NCBI GenBank assembly: GCA_951406725.2 | Contig: OX597826.1 | Location: forward strand, 43,524,001-43,588,000 | Length of the DNA stretch: 64,000 nucleotides | Origin: Octopus vulgaris | Lineage: Eukaryota | Reading direction: 5' to 3' | In this document: piece by piece, positions 1 to 12,744 of the stretch | How positions within the stretch are numbered: the stretch's first letter is position 1 | Layout: each line of letters begins with the position of its first letter | Position numbers and translations under genes: made by a program | The notes under the pieces: model-generated | What the model saw: the letters and a program-made list of their open reading frames with translations, nothing else | Databases searched by the model: none | Told to the model about the DNA's origin: nothing

Positions 1-121
1 AATCTTTGTATTCTTTGAGCTTTGCTTGGACTTTTTATTGTAGAGTTTCTTTTGCTGAAAGCAATTCTTCTCTTGGTGATAATCTGTTTTCTCTTCATCT
101 TCCTTCTTTTTCTGGTTTTTT

Positions 122-173
<52 letters not shown>

Positions 174-240
174 GTAATAATAATAATAATAACAACAACA
201 ACAACAACAACAACAACAGCAACAACAATGATAATAATAA

Positions 241-407
241 ATACCTTAGGAATGAGAACCTAGGTTCGAAATTTCCCCCAAGACACCCGATGAAGGCTGG
301 AAGGTATATCAGCCGAAACGTTGTATTAATAACAAACAAGATGAAGACAAATATCCATCAAATGTAAATAATGTACATAATTCCTCATCTCTTAAATATA
401 GAACTGT
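241..407 (+). mobile_element. Penelope-like pLTR/3' terminal fragment carrying a minimal hammerhead motif
   Basis: Reverse-complement match to 3519-3635, the 3' end of the Penelope ORF-bearing copy; preceded by (TAA)n/(CAA)n. Confidence 0.75.
283..326 (+). ncRNA. Minimal type I hammerhead ribozyme motif (U4C core variant)
   Basis: acac-CCGATGA-a-GGCTG(gaaggtatat)CAGCC-GAAA-cgtt-gtat: 5-bp stem II, palindromic AACGTT in place of stem III. Confidence 0.65.
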
Positions 408-1212
408 AATATGTTAATGAATAATTCTTATTTTTGGTATACAACTCTATGTTAAATATTAACCTCGTCTTTTCTTTCATTTGCGTACGTTGGGAACTGT
501 GCAATTCATTGTTTCTTGATTGTATGTCTTTCTTCGATCTAATTCTTGTATCTGTATTTCTTTATCCAACATAATATTACGGTTATTAATCAACCCTCTT
601 CGTTTGAAGGCTCAAACCTATCTCATCAATTATTATAGTAAATCCGTCTACTTTATGTCGCTATATTTCTAAGTAATTCAACTTGAAGATGTGTAAATGC
701 ATGGGTTCGTACATTTGTATCTGAGTCAGCCTGCTGTAACACTTTGCTTAAAGGTCTTAACACCAGATAGACAATAAGGAATAGAAAAGTGGTGTCCTTA
801 GAATATTTTTCTTCTTATATAGAATGTAATGATCAGACATATGTGTCTTTACAGCACCTCTTCTGCTCTTGCGAAAATAAATCGCTTTTCTCCAATGTTT
901 ACTTATCATCTGCAATAATATCACAGTAGTGGCTTTGTAATAATAGAAATATGGGTCAAGAATCTGTAATTTCGAGACTTTGTTGTTTCTATAATTCTTT
1001 GGATTAACATGATACTCCACTCAATCAGCCAGACAATATTTACTGTATCTACTGCATTGCAGGTACTTTAAGTAAAATGTATGTATTCCACACTAGTACC
1101 ATTTTCTATATGTTCTACATATTTGGAAGTTCTAGGGTTTTGGCTTTATGTATTTCTACATGCCTTAAAATCCTTTCTGAGGCATTTGTTCCTCTTAAGT
1201 CACCATAAACTA

Positions 1213-1789
1213 TTGGGTTGTCCGGAAAGTTCGTGCCGATTTATGGTAGCTTACCTTTCGACTTATTTTAGAACATGTTTGAGGCCATAAAATAGGATTT
1301 GACTACACCTCCATTTAGAGCACAGTTTAAGCTATCTTTTCGTGGAAGAAGGTTTATGTTCCTATAACCTGTGTTAATTCTGTAACCCTTTAAAATGGAA
1401 GATAAGAAAGTTCATTTTCGGCACTCGATGCTTTTCTTTTTCCGTAAAGGAAAAAATGCCTCACAAGCAACCAAAGAAATATGCACAGTTTTCGGTGATG
1501 TTTTTTTTTTATCCGAAAGAACTGTACGGAAGTGGCTCGCAAGGTTCCGAGCAGGAGATTGTAGCCTTATTGATAAAGAGTGATCAAGCAGACCATCCAC
1601 TACAGATGATGACCAAATTAAGTCATTAATTGAGAATAACCTACATTGCACAACCCGAGAATTGTCAGAAAGCCTCAACCTATCAAAATCCGTCATTCAT
1701 GAGTACCTTGTAAAACTTGGGTAATGGCAAGTATTTATTGACTTTTTCTTTTCCTTTAAAAATCGGCACGAACTTTCCGGACAACCCAA
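1213..1789 (+). mobile_element. Internally deleted mariner (mellifera-like) DNA transposon
   Basis: Perfect 30-bp TIRs (ttgggttgtccggaaagttcgtgccgattt, 1213-1242 and 1760-1789), TA on both flanks; ORF 1395-1583 MEDKKVHFRHSMLFFFRKGKNASQA... is a mariner N-terminal HTH; catalytic domain deleted. Confidence 0.92.
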
Positions 1790-1799
1790 TAGTTATCTC

Positions 1800-2100
1800 T
1801 ACTTTAAAATCTTTATATTTTGCTAATTTCTCCATTTCTTTTAGGAATATATTATCGACGGTTGAATGAGACCGATAAGTTGATAAAGGGATGCTGCATT
1901 TCTTAGTGATCTTTGAGAACAATATCTGGCCGATTGTCTTTCATATTCCGGTCTGAGCGAATTGGGATACCTAAGTGTATAGTCATTTTGCCATTATCTT
2001 TGAAAAGTTTTTCTAGTGTACGCTTATATTACATCTTTTCTACTGACACTTTATAATTCCGATCCCACTTCCAGCGGGTGAAAGCCACCACGCTGTTATA
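1800..2100 (-). mobile_element. Degraded RLE-type (R4/Dong-like) LINE fragment
   Basis: Minus strand reads ...NMKDNRPDIVLKDH..., the RLE 'NRPDI' motif, with stops. Confidence 0.55.
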
Positions 2101-2266
2101 GATATTTTTTTTCTTGGCTAAGATTGAGGGAACTAGAAGTAATAGGATTTAGAATTTTAGCAAAACCTTACATATTCTGCAGTTACTCATTGTATTCTGC
2201 TTTATTACATGCTTTTGTCTCAGTTTCTGGTGGGAGGGTTCGAAACCCCTGTACAACAACGAAACA

Positions 2267-2304
<38 letters not shown>

Positions 2305-2305
<1 letters not shown>

Positions 2306-2469
2306 CATTGTTCGACCGTGGTCGAGACAATGGAATTTACCATGCTACGCCAGACTTCACGGTCCATCATGGCATTACGGAGGTCCTGTTGCTGGATGCC
2401 TGTATCCCTGGAGATTACATCAGGGTAGGAGAGTGTGCGCCCTCTGGTATTGCGAGTAGATGGCTTCCA
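2305..2469 (-). mobile_element. RTE-clade LINE 3' end
   Basis: Minus strand WKPSTRNTRGRTLSYPDVISRDTGIQQQDLRNAMMDREVWRSMV; (TAG)n on both sides. Confidence 0.7.
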
Positions 2470-2493
2470 CTACTACTACTACTACTACTACTG

Positions 2494-2547
<54 letters not shown>

Positions 2548-2884
2548 TCTTTACAGCGACACTAAATAATCCCTTTCAACGGCCTCAATTTCTAACTTCG
2601 CCAACCGTTGTTCTCTATCGCTATATATTTTGATATTGTCTGCATGGTTGAATATTTGCCTTTTCTGAACAGTCATTAGTTGTTATATTGCTCTTTGTTT
2701 TCGTGTATCTTTGCTTCTGGCATCGAAACATTGAACACCTGTACGACAACAACAACCTATGACAACGTCCAAATACATATTTTTTTTTATGTCTCCATTA
2801 TGTTTGATGTCATGTTGTGGCAGGACAGTCTTGTCTTTGTACTCTTTTATACTGTACGTATTTTGAAAAAAAAAACGTATAGGG

Positions 2885-3168
2885 ATATGGTTTGGTGGTT
2901 AGGATATTCGGCTCACGGTCACAAGGTCGTAAGTTCGATTCCTGGCGGCGCGTTGTGTCTTTGAGCAAGATACTTTATTTCACGTTGCACCAGTACACTC
3001 ACCTGGCAAAAACAAACAAACAAATGAGTTGTACCTGTAATTCAAAACGGCCATCCTTGTCACTTTGTGTGTCACACTGGATCTCCTGCAGAACTACGGT
3101 AAGAGTACGAATGCTTGTGGAGGGCAAGCTGTTCTGTTGGCGTCCCCATCCTTGTAACCGATGGAGTG

Positions 3169-3170
<2 letters not shown>
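2885..3170 (+). mobile_element. tRNA-derived SINE, diverged
   Basis: A box tggtttggtgg, B box gttcgattcc; tgtctttgagcaagatacttt core shared with other SINEs in the window. Confidence 0.7.
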
Positions 3171-3217
<47 letters not shown>

Positions 3218-3345
3218 AAGAGAGAGAGAGGGGACAAACAATTAACTGTCAGTCTGCATTTCTGGTTATGCCTCAAATAAAATACAAAAAATAATAAAAA
3301 ATTTTCGGTATAGGCAATTGAGGCATTTATGTATCCTACGTAATA

Positions 3346-3500
3346 TGGCTGTGTGGTCAGAAGCTTGCTTCCCAAACACATGGTTCCAGGTTCAGTCCCA
3401 CTGCGTGGCATCTTAGACAAGTGTCTTCTACTATAGCCTCGGGCCGACCAAAGCCTTGTGAGTAAATTTGGTAGACTGAAACTGAAAGAAGCCCGTCGTA
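3346..3500 (+). mobile_element. OK-type tRNA-derived SINE, 5' half
   Basis: tggctgtgtggt...ggttcagtcccactgcgtggca...gaaactgaaagaagcccgtcg, same as 5091 and 36780-36942. Confidence 0.8.
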
Positions 3501-3518
3501 TATATGCATATAATATAC

Positions 3519-3638
3519 ATTATTTATATTTGACGGATATTTGTCCTCATCTTGTTTGTTGTTAACACAACTTTTCGGCTTTATCAGGTGTCATGGGGGA
3601 ATCTCGAACTTGCGTTCTCATTCCTAAGGTATTTTCGA

Positions 3639-3671
<33 letters not shown>

Positions 3672-4985
3672 CATTCATGTCACTGCCTGGAATCAAACTC
3701 GGGATCTTGGGGTTAGTAGCCCGCGCTATTAACCACTACGCCATATGTCCGTGGGCAATTATGGAGTGAATTTTAGGGCTTATAAAACTGATATTTTCCT
3801 ATCCTTCCTTAGTACCTGTTCCCATATGCTGTTCATATCTGCACTCGGTCTGCTTAGGAGGTTGTTGTGTCCTAGCATATGTGCTACTACTTTTAGTTTT
3901 CGTATTTTCCAGTGGTGTTCTCTGTCTATTATTTAACTTCATCCCACATGATCAGCTATACCCGATTTATCAATATCTCCTCTTGTCACAGCTTTGCGAT
4001 GTTCCTCTACCCTTATTTTGAGGGGGTGGCATGTTTCGCCTTTATATAACCTACCACGACTGCATGGGATGGAATACACGCAATCTTTGGTCATATTGTC
4101 TTCTAATGGGGATCTTACTCGAAGGGGATATTTGCGAAGTGTTGTATTACTCTTGAATACTGCCCTGATATTATATGTGCCGTATATGTTTTGTATCTTT
4201 TCCGAGAGGCGTTTCACATAGGGTAGACAGACTGTGGTCAGTTTATTGGTTTCATCCTCTCTTTTCTTCATAATTAGAGTGGATAATATTTTTGGGAGCA
4301 GATGTTGCTTAATAGATTGCTATTGAGCTCGATCATTTCTTCATGGTATGTATCAGGATCGCTATTCTATTCTATTTTCGATGTTTTAGGCATTGGGCAA
4401 TCTCGATCTTTACACTGTATGGATAGTAGGAATTGAAGTTGAAGTATCCTCCAGTGAATGTTGGCTTGCGGTATACGGATGTCCTGGATCCATACTTGGT
4501 GCGTGTTATTAATACGTTAGCTGATTGTCTTTTTGCTTTTCCTTTGTGAACTGTATGGATGGCTTTATTGAGTTCACATAATCTAACAATACTTGGACAT
4601 CTTCCTGGTGGGGCCAGAGTGTAAAGATTCTATCAACGTATCGCAGCCATAGGGTTGCTTTTGATGGTGCTGATCCTAAAGCGAAATTCTCAAAGTATTC
4701 CATGTATATATTGGCTATTATCGGTGATAATGGCGAACCCATAGCTAAACCCTCTTCTTGCCGATATATATCAGTGCCCATTCTGAAGTAGGTAGTTTCT
4801 ACACAAAAGATCGACCTGTCAAAATACTGTTAGATCATGCAAATTCAATAAAGCCATCCATACAGTTCAGAAGGGAAAAGGAAAAAAACAATCAGCAAGC
4901 ATTCCTGGACGCGTTAATAACACGCACCCGGTATGGATCCACGACATCCGTATACCGCAAACCAACCTTCACTGGACAATACCAG
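3519..4985 (-). mobile_element. 5'-truncated Penelope-like retroelement (RT + GIY-YIG) with 3' pLTR and inverted 5' segment
   Basis: RT GLAMGSPLSPIIANIYME...WLRYVD (4509-4781); GIY-YIG CVYSIPCSRGRLYKGET...RVEEH (3939-4271); ORF stop near 3780; plus-strand inverted RT piece 4817-4983. Confidence 0.92.
3678..3750 (-). promoter_or_regulatory. tRNA-like Pol III internal promoter inside the Penelope 3' region
   Basis: Minus strand ggacataTGGCGTAGTGGttaatagcgcgggctactaaccccaagatcccgaGTTTGATTCCaggcag: A box, anticodon-arm-like segment and B box at tRNA spacing. Confidence 0.7.
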
Positions 4986-5090
4986 GCTTATAAGAAGTGG
5001 TGTCAACAGATTCAACTATGAATTCTTCAGGGCAGTGCTCCTGCAGTCAAGTGACTAAAGCAAGTGAAATATAAAAGGTATAAGATATAT

Positions 5091-5490
5091 AGGCTGTGTG
5101 GTAAGTAGCTTGCTAACCAACCACATGGTTCCGGGTTCAGTCCCACTGCGTGGCATCTTGGGCCAGTGTCTTCTGCTATAGCCCCGGGCCGACCAATGCC
5201 TTGTGAGTGGATTTGGTAGACGGAAACTGAAAGAAGTCTGTCGTATATATGTATATATATATATAAGTGTGTGTGTATATGTTTGTGTGTCTGTGTTTTC
5301 CCCCTAGCATTGCTTGACAACCGATGCTGGTGTGTTTACGTCCCCGTCACTTTGCGGTTCGGCAAAAGAGACCGATAGAATAAGTACTGGGCTTACAAAG
5401 AATAAGTCCCGGGGTCGATTTGTTCGACTAAAGGCGGTGCTCCAGCATGGGCACAGTCAAATGACTGAAACAAGTAAAATAGTAAAAGAG
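5091..5490 (+). mobile_element. OK-type SINE, full length with internal microsatellite
   Basis: tRNA head, central (TA/TG)n, 3' module gcggttcggcaaaagagaccgatagaataagtac...tccagcatgg...tgactgaaacaagt. Confidence 0.85.
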
Positions 5491-5859
5491 AATATATATA
5501 TATATATATATATATCTCATTGATAGATATTTGCTCTGAGATGACATCCCTTATGGACATGTCATGTTAAAACACAACAAAAATCATAAAGAGAGACGAA
5601 AAATCGCCACAGCTGCGGCTAGCGAGAACGCTAGATGCACCTCTGTTTCTTGAGCTTTTTCTATGAGGCGTACTATTGCTAGCAGAAGAGTTCGACTACA
5701 AAGAGAATCGGTAGAAGAAAATTTAAGAACAACTGTTAGAAAAGATAGTAGCGTATGTTTCACGCACACAAATTTGAAATACTAAAGTCATTTGTATGAA
5801 TGATAAATCTCACTCACTCACTCACTATAATCACTGGTCCACCAAGATGTATTCAAGTA

Positions 5860-6185
5860 CGACCCCTTTTAGGCACCAGAACTTAATATCTTGTAAGCTT
5901 GTTAAAAAATAGGTGCACTCCTTCCTATCGTAACGACAGCTGAAGACTCTGCTGCATTTTGCTGAGCAAGCTAAACGGACGCTGTAACACGAGCTTATTC
6001 CCGCCATCAAATCCACATTGTCTGTACAGCTGCACGAGTGTACCACATGTCAGATGTTGAAGTGATCGCAAATCAATGTGAATCGAAGTGTTTTGCTGAA
6101 GAACATAACGTGCACCCGTTCGGGAATAGAAACCGCGATCTTTTGATCGCGAAAGCAACACCCTGACCACTAGGTCAGGGCGTTG
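5860..6185 (-). mobile_element. Diverged tRNA-derived SINE
   Basis: Reverse tRNA-like head at 6120-6183 (cctagtggtcagggtgttg...ggtttctattccc). Confidence 0.55.
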
Positions 6186-7664
6186 TATTATAATATAATT
6201 CGCATCTAAACTGATTCGATTCACTCATCTTTTTTTCTTCTTGTCACTCAGACTTATGTATCATCTTATCCAATATAATACATACTTTGTAATATCTTTC
6301 CTACCTTGTAATGAAACTGTGTGGGAAGTCACGACGCTATATATTTTCTCGTCTATTTGTTATTTGCAAATAATTCCATTCAATCACCAAGCAGGTTTCC
6401 CAGTTATTGTGACTTCCAGCGGGGTGTCTTAAAAGTTCAGCGACACCACCACATTTCCTTAAACGAAAATGATCTAGTTCTGTGTTATTAATGAATAAAG
6501 TATCATGATACACAATTACTTTATGGTAATAGAATGTACTGAATTTAGACTATGAATGAAGAGCAGGGCATGTATTAATAACAGAATCCCAGTAAGAGAT
6601 TTTACTAAACTAGATACTGAGATCAAATGAAAGCAGATCAGTCTATAAATATTATAGACTCAGTATTACATTTATAAATTTAACCAATTGTTTATAGATT
6701 CTTTATATTAAGAACATTAACCTTACTCATGTACATTCTAAATATATTTTAACTTCTGACTAATATCTTTCTACATTAACTAGTAGTTTTTGACTGAGGA
6801 ATTAGAAGCAGATTTTATATCGTGTGAGAATTCATTAAAAACTTGAAAATGTTGATCAGTGAAATATTAAATATAATGAGACAACGTTTATTATGTATAT
6901 TTGGAAGTCAGAAACAATTAAGCATATGTGAGGGAATGTTAAAATAAATTATAGTTTTCAAAACAAATTCATTCGCACAATGATTTTCCCGAAGAAGAAA
7001 GCGAATAAGAAAACAGAGCAAGCAGAACGAATGTGTAAATTATTAAAATATCTCATTAAAATCTAATTCTCGCTTTAATGTTATTTCGGTGTAGTTTTTT
7101 TTCTGTATTATTTTATTCCAGCTATATTTTTATCACTTAATGGTATTTACTTTACTTTTTATTTACGTTGCCATAGATTAAGTGAATCAACATATTCTCA
7201 TGAATGTTATCTTGGCAATAGCAATTTCCATAAAATCCACGGAATATAAATGACATCACAGAAAATTTGTGAAAAGAGCGAAAAAGAAAAATTCAACATT
7301 ATATATATGTACATGTGTGTGGGTGTGCGTGTATATATATATATATATATATATACATTCATACTACATATACATATATAATATGTATCAAGAGAAAATT
7401 TTACATTAGGTGTTTTTTAATTCTGTATGTTTTCGTTGCGATAATAACGAATAATTGCAAGAAGGCAATGAAAATATTATTTTTGAAGCTATGTAGTTAT
7501 TAACATGTCATATTTGCAAGTGTAATGCTTGTTTCACTAGTTGAGCAGAGATATGCAAGTAATTCTGGTAAACAATTGTGTATCTTATGGCTTATTTGAT
7601 AACAGCAGCTTTGGTAAAGGAAGCATGAAATTTAAGCACTTCAAAAGTAACATTAAATATGGGA

Positions 7665-8100
7665 AACACGAGGCCTGGAATTTTGGGATAGGGGGCCAGT
7701 ACATTAGATCGATCCCAGTACACAACTGGTACTTAATTTATCGACCTCCGAGAGGATGAAAGTCAAAGTCGACCTCGGCGGAATTTGAACTCAGAATGTA
7801 AAGACATGTAATACTGCTAAGCATTTCGTCCGGCGTGCCAACGATTCTGCCAGCTCGCCGTTTTCTTCAAGGTTAATAATAATAATGGTTTCAAATTTTG
7901 GCACAACGTCATCAATTTTAGGGGAGGGATAAGTCGATTTCGTGGACTCCAGTGTCCTACTGGTACTTAATTTATCGACCCCGAAAGGATGAAAGGCAAA
8001 ATTGACCTCGGCGGAATTTGTACTCAGGACGTAGCGATGGGCGAAATACCTCTAAGCGTTTCGTTCAACCTGCTAACGATTCTGCCTGCTCGCCGCCTTC

Positions 8101-8160
<60 letters not shown>

Positions 8161-8375
8161 CCTTTCTAACTTAACGTACAAGGCCTGAAATTTTGGGGGA
8201 TGAGATAAGTCGATTACATGGACCCCAGTGCGTAACTGGTACTTAATTTATTGACCCCGACAGGATGAAAAGTAAAGTCGATCTCGGTGGAATTTGATCC
8301 CAGAACATAGCGACGTGCGAAATACCGCTAAGTATTTAGTCCAGCGTGCTAATGATTCTGCCAGCTCGCCGCCTT
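7665..8375 (-). mobile_element. Three tandem Nin-domain-like SINE copies separated by (TAA)n
   Basis: Three repeats of ctggtacttaatttatcgacc...aaggatgaaag...gacctcggcggaatttg...gattctgccagctcgccg (about 7665-7862, 7885-8100, 8160-8375). Confidence 0.85.
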
Positions 8376-8423
<48 letters not shown>

Positions 8424-8424
8424 A

Positions 8425-8461
<37 letters not shown>

Positions 8462-9964
8462 TTATCTCATGGGAATATTTTCTTAGGATGTATAGAAGAA
8501 ATCGAAATAGCTGGAATTAGAACTATGTAACAATGCTCAAAATTTATTGACTTTAACGAGAGAAAATATAAGCGGGAAATAACATTAATCTGCATATTCT
8601 TTTTTTTTTCTTCTTTCGAACATATTTTAAAAAACATCTGGTTTATTGTAGGAGGAAATATCGTTGATGGTGACGACATTAATTGATAATTTCAAATTGA
8701 AACATTTCTAGGAGATACTTTTTGTTCGTATATTTCTAAATAGTCTGACAAAAATATTATCTAGAACTTTAAATTGATAACATCCATTCTTTTGGGAATT
8801 CACCAGCTGTTTTCTCACGGTTAGAGAGTTGAAGCGACAAACGTGGAAGATATATTCAATTGAAGAGTTGATACTTGATTTGTTCTGTTTTGAAGTAATT
8901 AAAATGGTGAAATTATTATCGTATACAACATCAACTGTAATGTAGCAATGGTGGTAGCAGTAAGCGAGAATGACGGCGATGTTGGTAGGGAGGAAAAGGA
9001 AGAAGTAAAAGTCAGAAATAAGCAAGAGAGAAAGAGAAGGGGAGAGAGAGAGGGTGATAGAGGGAGGAGAAATAGATATAATCCATAGATGGTTTAATTC
9101 AATTTTATAAGTTTATAGTGCAAATCTGTTAATTAAGTAAATAAATAATATAAAAGTACACAATGCACCAAAATAACCTTTTCTTCGAAATCTTGCATGA
9201 TTATTCTTTCTTATATTTGATAAGGGGAATGTTTCCCGAAATAATACAGAAGCATAAAACACCCTATGTGACACAATATAATCACTTCAGTAACTTCTAT
9301 TAGTTTTTATTTGTTAGCGTCACTTTATATATTTTGCCAACCTTCTGGCATTCCTTAAACAATTAAAAAAAATATTTATACCATAAATGTAGAAACCACG
9401 TGTTGAGCAATATGTGTATATAACAGTTGATTTCAAAATCTTGTGTGGTATAATCTTTGTGTGGTATAAATGCTTCAGACTAGTTACTGATTCCCGTTAG
9501 GAATAAAGGATTGACAGAATTCCTCTCAAAATCAAAGGATGAAATATAAAGTTTCTGTTAACTTAATCAACGGCTTCTAGCACTTCTGAACAGGACATAT
9601 ACTACTATATTACCAGCTAATGGATTTGAAATTTATATTCAGGCATACACTTACATACACCCTTTTTGAAGCTCACACGCCAAAATTGACGCTGTAAAAA
9701 CCACAAATACATCCCCGTTTATATGAAACAATTCTATATAAGACAAGTTCTAATTTATCGTCTGTGAATATCTCTCGATTTTGAAAACTATTATGAAATA
9801 TCAACATTAATTAAAAGAAAGCATAGTAAATTAGAAGTTCACTTGAAATTAAGTGTAAAATATCTCTATCTCAAGAAACTCATACAATTAAAACTCCACA
9901 CACACTTACACATACACATAAACACATGTATGTACGTACGTATGTATGTATGTATATACATATA

Positions 9965-10012
<48 letters not shown>

Positions 10013-10129
10013 CGTGCTCGCTTAGCCAGCGGGGTGGCGTCATTTGAAGGCTACAACAATGCGAAGCTCATTGTGACCAGCGATGTGTAGCAACATCTGA
10101 TAGCCTGGTCGGTCATGGTGGTGGTGGTG

Positions 10130-10175
<46 letters not shown>

Positions 10176-10181
<6 letters not shown>

Positions 10182-10345
10182 TAATCCAAACAAGAAAGCA
10201 CAAAAAGAAGCACAAAAAAACACAACAACGTGAGGACGTGGAACAAATATACTATTATTGGACGCTCAGGAAAGAAGGAAAGAAGGACGGTTTAACGTTT
10301 CGAGCGGAGCTCTTCGTCGGAAACATAGGAGAAGGGAAGACAGAG
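10176..10345 (-). mobile_element. PLE pLTR-like fragment with hammerhead motif at 10290-10324
   Basis: Minus strand gttt-CCGACGA-a-GAGC(tcc)GCTC-GAAA-cgtt-aaac; degenerate related copy on + at about 36012-36080. Confidence 0.65.
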
Positions 10346-10364
10346 GAAAAAAATCGCCAACTGT

Positions 10365-10421
<57 letters not shown>

Positions 10422-11789
10422 GCTTGACAAAGCAAAACTTCAATTTACACACATACACACACACACACATATATAAGCATAGGGTAACATGATCCACATC
10501 CTATATCTTAGAAGCGAGTGTTTCATTTATTTTTTTCTATCGCATTTCAGGTTCGTCTGAACAGAATATTTCTGGGCTTGTCTCTTGCTAATAGTTGAAC
10601 CAGAAGGAAGTAAAGACGAGAGTAATTGCCGAAATAACCGGAGAATTTCACATAACAGAAACTTTTCGAGAGGAGGTGCGATTTTTGCATGGATTATGGT
10701 GTGGAATTCCCAGCTACAGAAGACATTTGTCACCTTGTTTTTAAATATTTTCTTTTATTTCATTAGAAGATTTAGGCCGTTACGATGCTGGCCATACCAC
10801 CGAGGCAGTTCTACACACATCTGGTTAAGTGTCTTTGTAGAGAATGTGTGGAATTCGATATTGATAGCTTCTTCATTTCCTACGAAGTTAAAAGTGCTTG
10901 ATACTTGACGTAATATTTTTAGATTTTAATTGACAGAAAATTTTCCTCAAAACGAGTAATGTTTATTGTTAGAGTAACCCAACAAATTATTCTACATTTT
11001 ACAAATTTGAATTTGCTAATAATTCTGTATAGTATAGCATCTGTTTTTCTTGCTTGTTTCACTCCAGATCGACTCGAGTAAGCAGTCTTATGACCATTCA
11101 ATCTTGATTCTATTCCGGAGTAAAGTCTATAAAACTCCATTATCCTTTTGTGTTCTTCGGTTTTTAAGACGTTATTGTATGGTTTCAGAAAGATTTGACT
11201 GGTAGTTTGTCAAGACCAGTGATAGCATTGAGAACATGTCTTTAGTGAAACCCAGTACCACATTTATATATGCATCGAGGTTACGGGCCTATATTTCATC
11301 TTTATGTCCTTCCTTTTTTAAAACGTTGTAATATGATTTTAGAGAGATTTGATTGGTATTTCATCAGGCCTAATGACTGCACAGAGAACATCTTATTTGT
11401 GCAAACTAGTGTCACATTTATAGATATGTAGATAAACGTAGAGGTTTATGTTATTCTCTCAGAAAAAGGATCGACATAACTGCTAGAGTCGATAAAATAT
11501 AAATAAGTATTAAGAGGAAAGCAGTTACACCTGTAGAGTCACGATATAGGTCAATTGAAAGCGTATGAAATAAACCATAAAATTTCTTTCCATCTACTCT
11601 CATATATATTTATTTCTCTTAGTGTAGGCACAGTTTGACTGAATGGATAAGAAGTTTGCTTCGCAACCACGAAGACTGGGTTCAATCCCAGTGGAAGGAA
11701 CTAACGCAAATGTGATTTCCTATTGCCTCGAATCATTCTATACTTTGTGAATAAGATTGTGTAGTCGGAAAATGCACAGAGGCTCGTTG

Positions 11790-12280
11790 GGTAGACTGTA
11801 TCTCTAATACGGAAATTCGGAAGCAGATACTGAGATCGGAAAGGGCACAGACATGGACAACGTGTCACAAACAAAACAGGGTCTGAAATTCCAAATTACC
11901 CAGGCAAATCAAAATCAAACTGTTCATTGCAATTGTCCAACTAGTGCTATTATATGGCAGTGAAACACGGACGCTATGAAGGAAATTACCAAATGGGAAA
12001 AATGGATGTTACACAACGATGCTACGAACGGTCCTAAATGTAAAATGGCAGCAACATATGACAAATGAATGCCTTTATGGAGACTTGTCGAAAGCTTGCG
12101 AGAACATTAAGGAAAGACAGTTGCGATTATCTGGCCACTGCGTACGCCACGCTGGACTAGAAGTACCAAAATTAGTCTTGAGGAACTCACTTCATGGTGA
12201 TGTAGGAAGAGGAAGACGTCAGCACACTTACATCGACAAGTTGATTGCAGACACTGGCCTGGAATGTATCGAGTCTGTGC
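11790..12280 (+). mobile_element. RTE-clade LINE 3' fragment
   Basis: VLLYGSETRT...; MLRTVLNVKWQQHMTNECLYG...RQLRLSGHCVRH. Confidence 0.8.
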
Positions 12281-12341
12281 TGTTGGGCCAACATGTGTGA
12301 TGGGTGGGCTTTGTTGTTGCGGCCCGAGTTGGAACCTGGCC

Positions 12342-12389
<48 letters not shown>

Positions 12390-12392
<3 letters not shown>

Positions 12393-12569
12393 GACTTACA
12401 AACACATATAACATACAGAAAATTGCACTACTAGGCACTGCACACATCCTACGCAGAACACTTTCCATACAATAACCATCAGAGCATCACAACAAATCAC
12501 AGCACATACCCAAGGCACACAGAGCTGCGCTCGGTAGTGAAGTGAAAGCACGCTATAAAAATAAAACTA

Positions 12570-12572
<3 letters not shown>
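12390..12572 (+). mobile_element. R4/Dong-like LINE 3' end in (TAA)n
   Basis: IQKIALLGTAHILRRTLSIQ* C-terminus plus 3' UTR, (TAA)n on both sides. Confidence 0.8.
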
Positions 12573-12600
<28 letters not shown>

Positions 12601-12626
12601 TTAATAATAATAATAATATTATTATT

Positions 12627-12699
<73 letters not shown>

Positions 12700-12744
12700 T
12701 TAATAATAATAATGATGATGATGATGATGATAATAATAATAATA

